DNA of 64,000 bases from Dipteris shenzhenensis (taxonomy: Eukaryota). Shown piece by piece: positions 51,121-64,000 of the stretch (its first letter is position 1; the number at the start of each line of letters is the position of its first letter). The stretch lies in NCBI GenBank assembly GCA_047967505.1, contig CM106538.1; one strand, written 5' to 3'. The translations under genes and the position numbers were made by a program. The notes beneath the pieces were generated by a model. It saw nothing but the letters and a program-made list of their open reading frames with translations, made no database searches and was not told the DNA's origin.

Positions 51121-54100
51121 TCATTTCTTTAAACAAATGGCGTTTATATCTTTACACCAACTATTATATAAATGTGTTGATAATTCAACAAAGTTAACTC
51201 TCTTGTATGGCATTGCAATGTTAAATTTGAGCTTTTCATTGTCTATTGGAATGTTTTTCAAGTTTTCATTGTCAAATACTAAATAATTTAAGGTGAGTTA
51301 TTGTAGGTGGCTTGTGCAATCATGTTGCAATTGAAGAAGATTTTTGAGTTTACACAACAAATACTTCATTCCCAAAGTTAATGAGACATCTCACTTATTT
51401 TCTCATTAAAATGGCATCAATGAGATACATAAAGATCATATGCATCATTCCCAAAATTAATGAAACACTCTAAATTAATCAATGTAAAATAACAAAACCA
51501 AAATTAATAGAATTTGACATTCTTAGTCTAAGAGACACTACAGATGCAACAACCATTTCCCAAAATTAATGAAACAATGGACACAGCAACAAACTAAAGA
51601 TCCACAATGTGACTATGTATGAAATAAGAGATCCATTATGGTTGAGCCAAGATGAAGATGGGTTAGAAAGATGAGAAGAGTATGAGGAAGGTGTCCAAAA
51701 ATGGGAGAGTACATGTAAGGTTCTCTCTCCCAATTTCATTTTCCCAAAATTACTAATACCGTGTTATCAATAGACATGACTTGTTTCTCTTAAAGAGATG
51801 CTATGCTTATACACCTACTTGGTGTAAAAATACATCCTTTAAGGTATAAAAATAAACTCATAAACAATGTTCATACACATTAATGAGAGAAAATAGATCA
51901 AAATAAGCTCATAAGAGTTGTTTATATACATTTTTAAGAGCACAGAGATCAAAACAATCTCATAAAAAATATACATACACATTAATGAGAGATAAAAAGT
52001 GATTGGTTTATTTTGAAATTTGTTTAATATGAAATTCTAGACCCAAGTTCTTGAGTACTAAGTTCTTGGCTACCATACTCATGACTTATAGGCTCCTCTA
52101 GAATAGTCTTGGAGGTTTGACAAGGATCATTAGTGCATGATATAGTTAAGACTTCCTTACTTGCCCTACTTTCTCCACTAACATGATTGTTTCATCTTGT
52201 CTACAAGGTTTTAGGTTTAGGCTCATCATTACCTCCTTTAGATAATGATTTCTTGATCGTCTCACCTCCTCTAGTCTTCTGTGAGGCCCACTACCTCTTA
52301 TAGGTAATGCTTCCTTCCTTACCCCACCTTTCCACATCCCCATCCTTCAAAAGTGGATTTGGTTACCTTTATGCGTATTAATTTCTCTCTTCCCATTGCT
52401 ATAGGCTTCCCTTTCCCTTTTATGGAAACATCATGGATTAATTCTTGCCTTTGGCCTTCTTGTATGACAAGTGGAATCTCCTTGACTCTTTCTAGTACTC
52501 AATCCCCATGCATTTTTATGTGCATTTCTATTAATTGCTCCACACGATTTAGCTAAGAAGGTAAGTATGGGTCTGTAAAACAAGGATCTAAGGCGTGGAG
52601 TATACTTCCAACTGAAGGAAAAAGAATCGAAAGTGTGGAGAATGTCAAAATCAATGTTCAAGTGTAGAAGAAGTGTATCTTTGAAAAGAGATTTAGGGGG
52701 AATTTTAGTTAAAATTTTGTTTGAATAAAGAACATGAAAGTACTTCGAACTTTTTTCCTTTGGAATTGACTGAAAAAGAAATAATGCATTGTTGAGTAAT
52801 TTGGTGGTACATACCTTGGGAACGTCAAAGGGAGTGATTTGCAAAAGCCAAGAAGTTAGAGACGATCAATGTTTAGCCCAGTCAATGGAATAGTGTGAGG
52901 TATCATCATTATCTGGTGTTTTTCTTTTGAGAGGAGAGGTGCTGAAAGATTTCAGTTGGGAAGCTTTAATATGAGAGGCAAGGGAAGGGTTGATGAGCAG
53001 GGAATAAGGGATAGATTTTTGGAATTTAGGGGTTTATTTTGGGGGGGAACTACGTCTTGTTTTGGGTGGAAGAGGTTGAGTTTAGCAGTAGAGGATAGGG
53101 AAAGAATGTTAAGGGCTAGGGAGGGACCTGGGAGGTTGAGAAAGGAAGAGGGGAGGGAGTAGTCAGTGGAGCGGGAAAGGGAATTTGCTGTTTCAAGGAG
53201 GAGGATCCTAAAGTGATAAAAGGTGACAAGGGAGAAGATTACCTCTTTAGGTAATTGCGACATCTAGTTTAAGAAGGACAAGAATTTGTCTTGTAAGGAG
53301 CCAAAAGGGGAAGAGATATCTAAATGGTTATGTACTAGACAACATGATCAAACTAGAGGATAGAGCATTTGCAGGACATGTTCATCTTCTTAATGAGATA
53401 GGTAAACTTTATGTAAGGCATGAAGATATTCCAACAATTCTTGACATAATAATTGTCATCTTTGTTTAAAGAGCTAGCATCATTATGAGTGGCACCTTTT
53501 GAGCAAAAGAAAACCTCCTTGGGGAGGCCACATTTAGAATGGCCAATAGAGCTTAGAAAAAAGTGGGTGTTGAAGAAGTAATTTGAGTTAGGATGTTAAC
53601 TCCCCTGATAGGCATCTTCTTTGCATTGATCCACCTCTTTTGATGAGAGGTTACAAATGAAGGCAAGGGATTGAATGGAAAAGGGTGCAAGAGAGCTGAG
53701 GTTCTCAAGACACCAAATCTTATGATCAACAATGGGAGCTTTCATTTCTATGTGTCTAAGAGAAAGAAGGGGCACATAGGAAGCAAAATTATTGAGCTCT
53801 CTACTGTCAAGGGGCTTAGGTGTTTGTGAGAGACATTGAGAGAGGGTTTTGAAAGAAGCCTTGTCTTTGGGGGAGAAGAGATCAAGATTAATAAAGCTAT
53901 GAAAACTAGTGTTTAAAGGGGATAAACCAATAGGGATGGGGAGGGGGAAGGCACCATTGAGAATAAGGATGTCATTTGCAAGGCCATATGATACTCATTC
54001 AAAGTACTAGTGTCATTGAGATTGATAGTGGCTAGGTTTGAGGCTTTTTCAAGTCTGGCAAAAGCGCCATCACTTTCGCTTTGTGAGAATTTAAGAAGTT

Positions 54101-55521
54101 TGATCCAATCATTAAGGGAGAGCATTTTAATAGAGTAACACTGAGCTTTTTGAAAGGGCTTTGAGATCGTGCATTCTAATGAACAAAAAAGAAATCAAGT
54201 TTCTAGAAACATGAGAGTACTACTTGGGATATGGGAGAAGGTGTCGAGAGTGGGCTATTGAGTGACTTGGACTGAAGTGTAGTATCCCAAGAATACTTTT
54301 GCAAAGACAAGAAGAGGATTAGTGACAAGATTTATGTAAATTGTAGGTAACACAAGTTTAATGAAAGGAATCATCTCTAAGCAATGATGGTCTCAAATAC
54401 TAAAAGGATTAGTTGTATTTTTTATAACAGTTCACTTCGACATCTTAATATAAAACCCTCTTTTTTTGGAAAAAAATAATTTGGCTAACTTAAGTAGTCC
54501 ATGAACTACCTAGTCTTTAAGCTAGTGCATGGAATCCATAATAAGGATTGGATCCCTCAAATTGGCAAACAATCAAGCCTTATCCAACCCAACTACACAA
54601 GAAAAAACCTCTCAACCCTAGGCAAACTCCAAGTGATAAGGAATATTTAAGAAAATAGTGCAATCATTAATAGGGATTTTTTAATAAGAAAAATTGCACA
54701 TTTCTAACGTACTTTACTTACAAAAGGGAAATTTTAACAGGATATTGGTAGGAAAATAAATAAAACATTTATGGACTAGGATGAAATACGTGTGTAAGAT
54801 AAGGGTATTTATATTGGTCCCATGATGCATACATGCTATATGGGATTTTTGTCAAAGAGTTTACTAAGAAATATTTAAGATAAGACATGCATTCAATAAA
54901 AGGGATTTTGTTTCTTGTTATCCCACAATGAGAGAGTAGACGCTATAGTAGGAATGGCCAGGTGGGCCTACAAGGAAAAAAGAAAGACCCTTGAAGGGAA
55001 GAATTAGCCCCTTGAAATAAAGGATCCTAAAGGGAAGAAGCCCAAGCTTCAAGCCTTGGGAAGAAGGGCCGATCCCCCATCAGGGCCACCGATCCTCCCA
55101 TCAAGGAGTGGACATAGCCCAAAGAGCTCAAAGAGACCTAATGAAGGGAGCTCAAAGCAGAAAGTAAAATTTAGAACCAGCCCCTTGAACGAAAGGAGTG
55201 ACAAGGGCCCATCCTCCAAGTAATCGGATGTACAAAAGAACCCAAGTGACCAAATGTAGCTGAAAAACCTCAATGTATGAGATATAGCTATTCAATTATT
55301 AATGAAACCAAACTGTAATTACTTGTGGAGTGGTCGAATGTTTGTGGCCATTTGAATACAAGTTTCGTTTATACAAACAAGCTATTTTAGGATCTTGTTT
55401 TAAACAAAAAAGCTTTTTAAAATCACAACCAGCATGGTGACCACAAGTTTCCTTTGTTTTAGAATTGCAACAACTAGCACAGTCGTCGTACATGATAAGT
55501 GGTCATCAGTGGGGTGTTTGC

Positions 55522-55662
55522 TTGCATATAATATATGGGCCCTTGAGGGTTCCCCTTTAGGGTTAAGGGCCATATCGACATGCCACTGGCCATATAGGGT
55601 ATGTCGATATGGACCTTGCCCTTAAAGTGAACCCCTGAAGGGCCACAATTGCATTTATGCAA
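55522..55662. repeat. Imperfect inverted repeat / MITE-like hairpin
   Basis: ggcccttgagggttcccctttagggttaagggccatatcgacatgcc pairs with ggtatgtcgatatggaccttgcccttaaagtgaacccctgaagggcc. Confidence 0.8.
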
Positions 55663-56199
55663 GATGTTTTAGAATTGCAACTAGTGGAGTGGTTGGCTAC
55701 ACACATCTAGGCTAGCAATGCACTATTTTCCTTCAATTATTACAAGATGAATGCATACACTTCATTTGCTTAGGATTTGTGGTCACCAACCCGATGGTTT
55801 TACAAGAGAAGTGGCATATATTTTACAAGATAAGTAGCATACATTTTATTTTTTTAAATATATACCTTTGTAAGACTAGAATATATCCAATCATTTGAGA
55901 TTACTAAAACAAGCATGGTGGGCTTGGAATTTACTGTAAAAACCAAGCATAGTGGTTGTAAAAGAAGCGAAGTGGGGATTACTATTTGGTATTAACATAA
56001 AACAAGTGTAGTGAATGTAAAGCAAGCACGTTGGATATGGGATTTACTAAATACAAGCTGACTATTAATATATTTTGAATTTTTCTAGGATAAGTGGAAT
56101 ACATTTTCCTTAGAACTCATTCTATTGTATTGTCTTAGGGTCATCCACTACTCCAAGTCACCCCATAATGTGATCATGCGTGTCTAAATCCATTTTGAA

Positions 56200-57360
56200 G
56201 ACACTCTTGCCCTTTTTTCCATCTAGACATAGCTTGGAATTGGAACTTAATAGCTCTTACTAGATGAGACTACACAAATGTTTGCAGACTATTATGTACC
56301 AGTTTGTAATTGTGGTCTCTCTTGGATGTTTTTCTATAACAAATAGCTCCAACTACTACATCCCATTAGGGGAGAATTGGGATCTCAAAAGAGCCTCGTA
56401 AGAAATGGATTAAGTTAATTACAAGTGAACCATTATGGTAACCCATGAGCTAAGGGCCCATGGATCATAGATCTAGGATGCATTGGAATGACTTTGGTGG
56501 GCTCCAAGTGGCAAGATCTGACAAGGTGGCGGCAAGGTTTGACTTTGTGGAGGACTCATTAAGAGGGAGAAGGCACCTTTTAATGTGTACCCTTGATATA
56601 GATATGAGATCAATGGCTAAAATGGAGGGTCCTATTTGGAGGGCTAGGATGAAGGTGCATTTTGTAAGGTGGAGATCTAGATCCAAGATTAAGGGCCCAG
56701 ATTTTAGTGCTTGTGTGGATGGTGTGGATTGAAGTGCCATTTTCAGTCACTTCCTCCCTTGGATCCATCCTTCGTCTATGGCCAAGATTAAGAAAATTTT
56801 TTCACTCATCCCCTCCCTTGAATACACCCCTTGATTTATGGCCTAAATTAAAGTGTAATTTCCTCTCATCTCCTCCCTTGGATCTACCCCTTGATCTGAT
56901 GATTAGGAGTGTTCCACCATAAATTTGAATGTGACCCTTGGATTGGAGATCAAATAAATGGCTAGGAGTGAGGACCATGGGTATAAACCATGGGTGAGAG
57001 GTATCGCCAACCATAAACGCTCAACATGGCCTTTTGTACAACACAATATGCCATTGTTCCACGCAAAGGAGCACTCTCATTGGTTCACCTCTAATCTCTT
57101 GAAATTAATTCAAGGCCCTTTTGAGACCCCAAATCTTCCCTAATTCACTTCTCATAGCTTGTTCCCCAATGATCCATAAATGATTTCTCAACCTTGTGCT
57201 TGGGTTTGGTACATTGCAACACAAATTATGGGTCATCTTCCTCATTCTCCTCAGAGTCAGTGACAACTGCAAAGTATGGGTCATCTTCCTCATTCTCCCT
57301 AGAGTCAGCAACAACTGCAAAGTTATACCCCTCTTTCAGATAGTCAAGTGAGGTCATCAA
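56200..57360 (+). mobile_element. Possible Copia 3' end: RNase H tail, PPT and 3' LTR
   Basis: ETTQMFADY resembles TxxQxAD. PPT-like ttaggggagaa near 56366-56376. A ~49-bp tandem duplication lies at 57228-57323. Confidence 0.35.
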
Positions 57361-57399
57361 AACATTCCCAAACTATGGTGAGTCATCATTTGTCTCTCC

Positions 57400-58170
57400 A
57401 TTGTTTGTCACTCCATCTTCATGTAGAGGGAAAACTTGAACTGCCTCTTATCTCTTAACAATTGCAATATCCTCACACCCTGTGATGCATGCACTACAGA
57501 AGCAAAAAAGTTTTCTTGTTTTGAATAGGTGGTTGTTTGAAAAGCCCTTATATGCTATGAAAACTATGAGTTCATTTAATGGCCTTGCAATTTTGTGTCT
57601 ATTTCTCCTTTGCACTTTAATCACTTTCACTTCATGGAACACTCTGCGCATGACACTATTCTTGAGGCTTTGATTACTGTATGTATATTGTGACCCTGTG
57701 GAGAGGTTGGATGTGGGCCCTATTATAGCATCATGGGAACAATTGAGATTTTTTTGAGGTCATGTTGGTTGGTGCTTGAACACAGCTCACTTAATAACAA
57801 CACCACATCCATCATGTTCCCCCTTGCCATGGCTAGCCCAAAGAAATTCCACATCATGTTTAGAATAGTTACAGATTTAAACCTTGAGACAAAATGGAAT
57901 CTTCGAGCTGATTTAAACTAAGAGGAAGCACCATCTGAACATACCCAATGTTGTTTTATATTTTCTTGTACATGGGGATCATCATTTTTTAGCCATTCCC
58001 AATGCAATAGAAAATAAGGTGTCATTTTTTCCGTCATCCAAAATGTAGAAATGGTATGTGCATTTCACTCACATGCCCTCTGAGTTAGCAAAGAAATTGG
58101 CGTCAGCCATACAAGAATCAAGCACATGACCGTATGTGATATGCAGTAGAATTGATATCTGCACACAGAA
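57400..58170 (-). mobile_element. Sola2-like transposase relic (copy B)
   Basis: HWVCSDGASS*FKSARRFHFVSRFKSVTILNMMWNFFG-SHGKGEHDGCGV and RKLFCFCSAC. Confidence 0.8.
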
Positions 58171-58199
58171 CTTCTGTAGTTACTAGCAAAACTTTCAAT

Positions 58200-59573
58200 C
58201 TAAAGTGTATTAAAATTTTTTGAGAGAATGTGGTGGTGTCAGTAGTTGATTTTGCAGAGAACTACACTTTTAAAGTGCATAATGAAATCCAATCAGTGCA
58301 TTGGGATAATGACCAATGTACCATCATGGTTCAAATTTGCTATTATTGGGAGATGGGGAGATTATAAAGCAGTCCATCTTTTACATTTCAAATGACAAAT
58401 AGCATGACACATTATTCGTGCAACATTCCTTTATCCTCCACTACCAATGGCTATTGTCCAAAGGCTTGAAGTTGCTTTATGCTCCACTACCAATGGCTAC
58501 TGTCCAAAGGCTTGAATTTGAAAATACATTGGGTTTGCTCACAGATGAGGCATAATCTCAGTTGAAGGAAGCACACCCATTTTACTTGTTGCAAGGTAAG
58601 GCATTTGTAATCGGTCCTTATTGTTTTCTACATCACTATGAATATGCTACACATTTTGAGGTGCTATATTACAAACTTATTCCTCTTCTAGTTGTGCTAG
58701 GTATTGCTCTTTGACTAGTATTCGGATGACGTGGAGCTTTTTTGCTAGTGGACATGCAAGGGAGAACATGACGGTGCTAATCTAGTGATAAAACATACAT
58801 TAACTGCCCAACAATTGGATGCAAATGGTGTGAAGCTAGATAATGCTCATGAGGTTATGGATTGGTTGACTTGGAAGATGGGAGAAGATGTGAAGAAAAG
58901 ACTTTTCGTGGAAGGAAAGGTGGGTGATGTAGACATGACTAAAGCATGGGATTGCCAGACGACCAAAGGGACTATGTCAAGGCACAAGATATTGGGTTTT
59001 AGTAGCAAAGATCCTACACAAGCCCTGATCAAAGGTTTATCGTGCTTTTGTACATTCTACATGGATGAATCATGGGACAAGTTCACCAATTTATCTCATC
59101 CAGGTACATGGACCTTGGACAGGCTGGAGCCCATCAATGGACTAAATGCAAGAGCCATAGAGGATGATACAACATACTCAATGGATAGGGACCAGGCAGT
59201 AGACATGCTTAAGATGGGTGACCATTTTGCAATGCTCACGTTCCCCCTAAATGACAATGATGAGTATTATTACATGATGCTATGCAAGCAACCGAAAAAA
59301 ATCCTGTCAGAGCAAGTTGAGGATAGTTGGGGCAATGTGGTCAACATTGGAGGTGGAATGGTCTATGGATTCTTCGATGCCAAACTACCTACTAGAAGAA
59401 GTAGTTATTTCCTATGTGATGAGGCACCACCTACTATCGTGCATTCTGATGTAGTGTTGGCAATCAAGTTCCAGATGCTGCAACAAGTAAAGCACAAGGT
59501 TAAAGGCCACATAATAGTGTAAAGTGTCCCCCTAGAGGTGCATGAAGAGATCTTGGCAAAAATTTCATTGTGA
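58200..59573 (+). mobile_element. Sola2-like transposase relic (copy C) with intron 58596-58700
   Basis: VVDFAENYTFKVHNEIQSVHW, FYISNDK*HDTLFVQH, WSFFASGH..GEHDGA and LSCFCTF. Confidence 0.85.
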
Positions 59574-60619
59574 GGTCTACATGATAGTAAAGAGAACTAT
59601 GTGCAAATGCAACTTAGATATCAAACACTTTTGTTTTAGTTCTTCTTTCATCACACACTGATTTTGTACAGTTTTCTTCATGTTTTTTTACTGATTTAGT
59701 ATTGTTTAACAATTGGTTTCTAGCATTTTATACAATAGAGGCATTGATCCTTATAACATTGTCTCTCTCATGTGATCTTGTCATGTCTCATCTTCACTCT
59801 AGCCAAGTTTAGAGGGACCAAGTTCTAGCCCATATGGTTGATTGCATGGAAGAGTTCAAGGCCCTAGCTCTCACAACAACGCAAACGCCTTTTTATTATA
59901 TTTATCCCTTTGGTTGAATACCCATTTAATGTAAATTGTTTCTTTACAAATTGTAAGTGCTTGATGAATGAATGTCACCAAAACTCCTTTTAATCCATGA
60001 TACATTGGTGATTACTTCCAGGAGAAGAATAGTAAATCCAATAATTTACATCCATAACATATTCCTTGAGTCCAATTAGATTATAAATTCAATAGTAGTA
60101 TGGAGTCTATTGGGGATTGAATTTTTGCATGTGAAACATATTTTATTTGGCTTTAGTGTGCTTCAAACTGTTACCTCTTTTATGCTCTCATTGCAGTTCA
60201 AGAAGGAGATGTAGTGGGATACTGCATGGCTAGAAGAATAAGGTTTATAATAAGGCTTATAAAATTCTTCCATTGAAGGAAGCTCAAAAATGTCTTTTCC
60301 TCATGTTGAGAAGATGCAATCCTTTCAGTTAACCCATTATGGAGTCGCTACATTTACATCTATGTTATCAAAGTATATCATGTTTCCTAACACCAATTAA
60401 AAATTGTTATTTATAGATCTCGATTCTACATATCTCTGAACCAAAACGAGGGCTATTTTATTACGAAACAAAAAATACTACATTGTATTTCCATCTCCTT
60501 TTAAAGGAGAAAAACAAAAGATGATGCAAGGTCAACCAAAGTAAGGGGGGCACAATAGTATGCAAGTTGAGGTAACAATAATAGGTAAGTAAGATAGGTT
60601 CGATGAACCATCCTTTTCA

Positions 60620-61290
60620 TGATTAATATAGTACTAATATATCCTTATCCTTTTCATGATTAATTTAGTACTGATATATCAATGTTCATGTAGTAAGGAT
60701 ATATTAGTACTAAATTGGTACTAAATTAACGCTGATATATCTTTACTAAATGAGTACTAAATTAATGCTGATATATTAGTACTAAATTACTAAGAATATA
60801 TTAGTGTTGATTTAGTAAGGATATATTAGTACTAAATTGGTACTAAATTAACATTGATATACTAGTAGTGAATTAGTACTAAATCAATATATCAACTTTA
60901 GTACTACTCAACATCTTAGTATTAGTACTAATTAGCATATTAGTCTTGATTTAGCACTTCGTTAGTTTTACAATTAGTACTAAATTAACACTGATATATC
61001 AGCACTAAATTAGTACTAAATTAGCACTGATATATCTGTACTAAATTATTATTAAACCAACATATTATAATAAGTACTAATCAACATCTCAACATTAGTA
61101 CTAATCAACATATTAGTGTTGATTTAGCACTTAGTTAGTTTTACAATTAGTACTAAATTATTACTAAACTAGTGTTGATTTAGCACTTAGTTAGTTTTAC
61201 AATTAGTACTAAATTATTACTAAAATAACACTGATATATCAATACTAAATAATTACTAAATTAGCATATCATCATTAGTACTAATCCACA
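60620..61290. repeat. AT-rich array of palindromic TTAGTACTAA-core repeats in mixed orientation
   Basis: Roughly 20 agtact/tagtacta-type cores with ctgatatatc and gatttagcac spacers. Confidence 0.9.
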
Positions 61291-63046
61291 ACAACACAAT
61301 GCATCTGTAGATGCAATCGATAGATGCACAAAATAGCGGGTGCATCTATAAGCATTGATATACTTAATGAAAACATCTATTAGCATGATTATTCACACAT
61401 CTATTATTGTGCTTATACATGCATTTAATAGTGCGTCTACACTTTCTAATAGATGTGCGTTTAGACACATTTATAAACACACAATAGAGTTTGGAATTTT
61501 ACTACAACCTAATAAATGTGCATTATGGCTTACCAAACATTGCCCATGATTACCAAAGCACCTAATTTTATAAAAGTATCAATGCTATGCATGTTTCACA
61601 AACCATAATATGATTTGTGCCAAACGCACATATACAAAACTTAAGTGAGGTGAGGAGAATGAGACAATATATAAAATATTTTTGCTAATATGTAAGAAAT
61701 TTGGATGATACAATGATGGGCTACAGTTCGATCTTATCCTCAATGAGATCAATCCTTGCCAAACTATGTACTTCAATATCCAAACCAATGTGGAGATCTA
61801 CAAATACATTTAGCCCACTACTAGTGCTACTGTGCTCATCCAAATCAACATCACCAATGGTAGGCTTGTCCTCATGGTGGGTAATGTCTTGAATGTCTCC
61901 TATCTCACAATCATCCTCCTCTCTTATATCACAATCATCATCACCTCCATGGACATGATCATCCTCCATACACTCCATATTAGTAGATGTACTATAGATC
62001 ACTTTGGAATATGGCGTAAAATGTATGATGTGCCACCACCTGTTATTATCCACCATTGGTTGATAGACAACCTATTCAAACACAAATACAAACATTTTAT
62101 TTTCATTGCATTGAAGGTATCAAATATATATAAGTGAGCATTTTTATATATGTGTGGAGTACCTGTTCATATTGTTGTGGTAGTACTAGTGTGTCCCTGC
62201 AATGATTTTTGAAATATGCCATCTGCACCATTGACCAAGCCATCAAGAATGTCTAAATGGTTCTCTTCAGGTCTACCTCTCTAAGTCTGAAGATGTTAGA
62301 ACAACTTGGACTCTATTCAAGAAAGGACTGTAATGTTGGGGTCAACTGTGGCATAGTGAATAGAGAAGATGGAAATCATGGGGTCGACTATGGCATAATG
62401 AATAGAGAATATGGAAATCATGGGCAAAAATCAAACAAGAATTTCACCTTTCCAATCAACACACTAGACTAATAAGAGAGTGTCTTAATTTGTGGATTTT
62501 GGTATTCATTGGAAGGGAGGAACAGTGTTGTTATACAACTATGAGTTCAACTGGGCTTGCAGCTCCCACTTGCTCCCTATCTCCACATTGACCAAAGGCT
62601 TTTGCCCCTCCATTAGCAGTGCATGAGCCTAGATGCTCATATTTCCTTAGCTTGAAGGGGATCCACTTATAGCATTGAACATCTAGTACACTACAGCAAG
62701 ACAAAAGAAATTGAATAAGAAATCTAAATTGTTGAAAGCTCCTAACTTATGCAAACATTCTATATACCGACCTTTTGCTTGCATCCTCTAGTATACTCCC
62801 ATTCTTCCATTATGATATGCATCCCCTCATCTCTCTCTACTAACTCCATTTTGTCAAGTAGCCAATTGACATAAATATCCTTTGGAACTGCTCTTAGATG
62901 CTTAGGCTATGGCACACAAGATCCATGGTGTGTATGAAAGAGGGCCCTTTCTCCTTGTCTTCTTCCCTTTGCATCCTAATATCTTGTCACCCATCTTTTC
63001 ATCACATCACTATTAAGCATGCAATAGAGGTTTAGATTATTAAGCA

Positions 63047-64000
63047 TGTTGAGATATGGTGCCATGAGCACATATTAGAGGCTAAGGTATGGTATAGGAA
63101 AGAATCAAAGTAGCCACCTGAGGATGTGGACTACATTATGTGGAGATGTGGATCAAGGATATCCACAAGGAGAGATGTCAATCAGAGGATCCCACTAGTG
63201 TTGATTATTCTAAGGGCACTCTCTATATAAGAGGCCTATCATATATTGTTGAGTAGAAGAAATGCACATACACTCAAGATTCTATTTATGAGTCCAAGCT
63301 AATCTATCTTGGAACCTAATTGACTTGATATACATGCCATGAACACTCTCTTCATCATGTTTACACATAGGTTCCATCCACCTTAGAGCGCTCTCCATAG
63401 ATCTGGAGGCACACATATTTTGTCATGGTATTAGCACCAGATGCTCCCACTCCCTTCATGAGTAGCAAGCCCTCCGCTGCAAGGCATCTTCATTTTTTCT
63501 CCACTTCTTCTTATAGAGCTCATCTTCTTTTTCGTTTTGGTTAAGGAAGCACTCCATTTCACTTCATGGAGATCTAGCTATGGTATTATAAATTATGTGG
63601 GTTTCCTTGAGTAATTTCTTGAGTTTACAATGAGAAACACATTTTATTCTCAACTTTTGTGAGTCCATTCTTTGAGAGAGAGTTCTCAGGTTCTTTGTGA
63701 GAGTATAGTTTCTCTGCTCTACCTCTAAGAGAATGCAAGTTTGCTTTTTTAGAAACTCTTAAGGCCAAATTTCTTTCAAAGATAGCCTTCAAATCGGCAA
63801 CGGTAGCCCAGAGGTGATCAAGCAGCTCCCTGTAGGGCTACACGGCTAGCCATCTTTAGTTAGGCTACACGGTTAGCCATCTTTAGTCAGGTTACCCATG
63901 GCGACTTAGCTGTGGTAGACTCTAGATTCACAAAGCCTCGATGGCCTCCCCGACCTACAAACTCCATGCTAATGGGCTCACAAGATGACTCATGCTCCAT
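63047..64000 (+). mobile_element. 5' LTR (63047-63425), PBS and start of an element related to the 46.4-49.4 kb LTR family
   Basis: 63270-63425 is the reverse complement of the R/U5 part of the 49113 LTR. It ends in tttgtca and is followed by tggtattag. Confidence 0.85.

Noticed and set aside
60620-61290. CRISPR-like array
   Set aside because: There are no unique spacers or constant period, and the context is eukaryotic.
61700-63000. Possible hAT transposase remnant with an acidic tail
   Set aside because: The motifs are too degraded to support a family call.

Overview
This is eukaryotic nuclear DNA from a land plant, probably a fern or other non-seed plant (inferred from the PLS-type PPR fragments and the TE families; not proven). 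One intact host gene is visible, a type I prohibitin (9285-10115, minus strand), which has a candidate 3' UTR intron containing a long hairpin. The rest is mostly decayed, nested transposons: Copia, Gypsy, a non-autonomous LTR element, L1-like LINEs, a PIF1+endonuclease Helitron/Helentron piece and four Sola-like DDE transposase relics. The main candidate novel system is Sola-type DNA transposons associated with chromatin/epigenetic cargo. (i) At 42.1-46.1 kb a spliced minus-strand gene relic reads helical region, beta-class N6A/N4C DNA methyltransferase-like fold, FCP1/NIF-type HAD phosphatase, then SET domain. It lies back-to-back with a Sola1-like transposase, and the same ~120-bp repeat unit occurs on both sides. 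(ii) At 12.0-12.6 kb a second, better conserved N6/N4 methyltransferase fragment lies tail-to-tail with a Sola2-like transposase. All of these copies are pseudogenised. Domain calls come from manual motif recognition and need HMM or structure searches.
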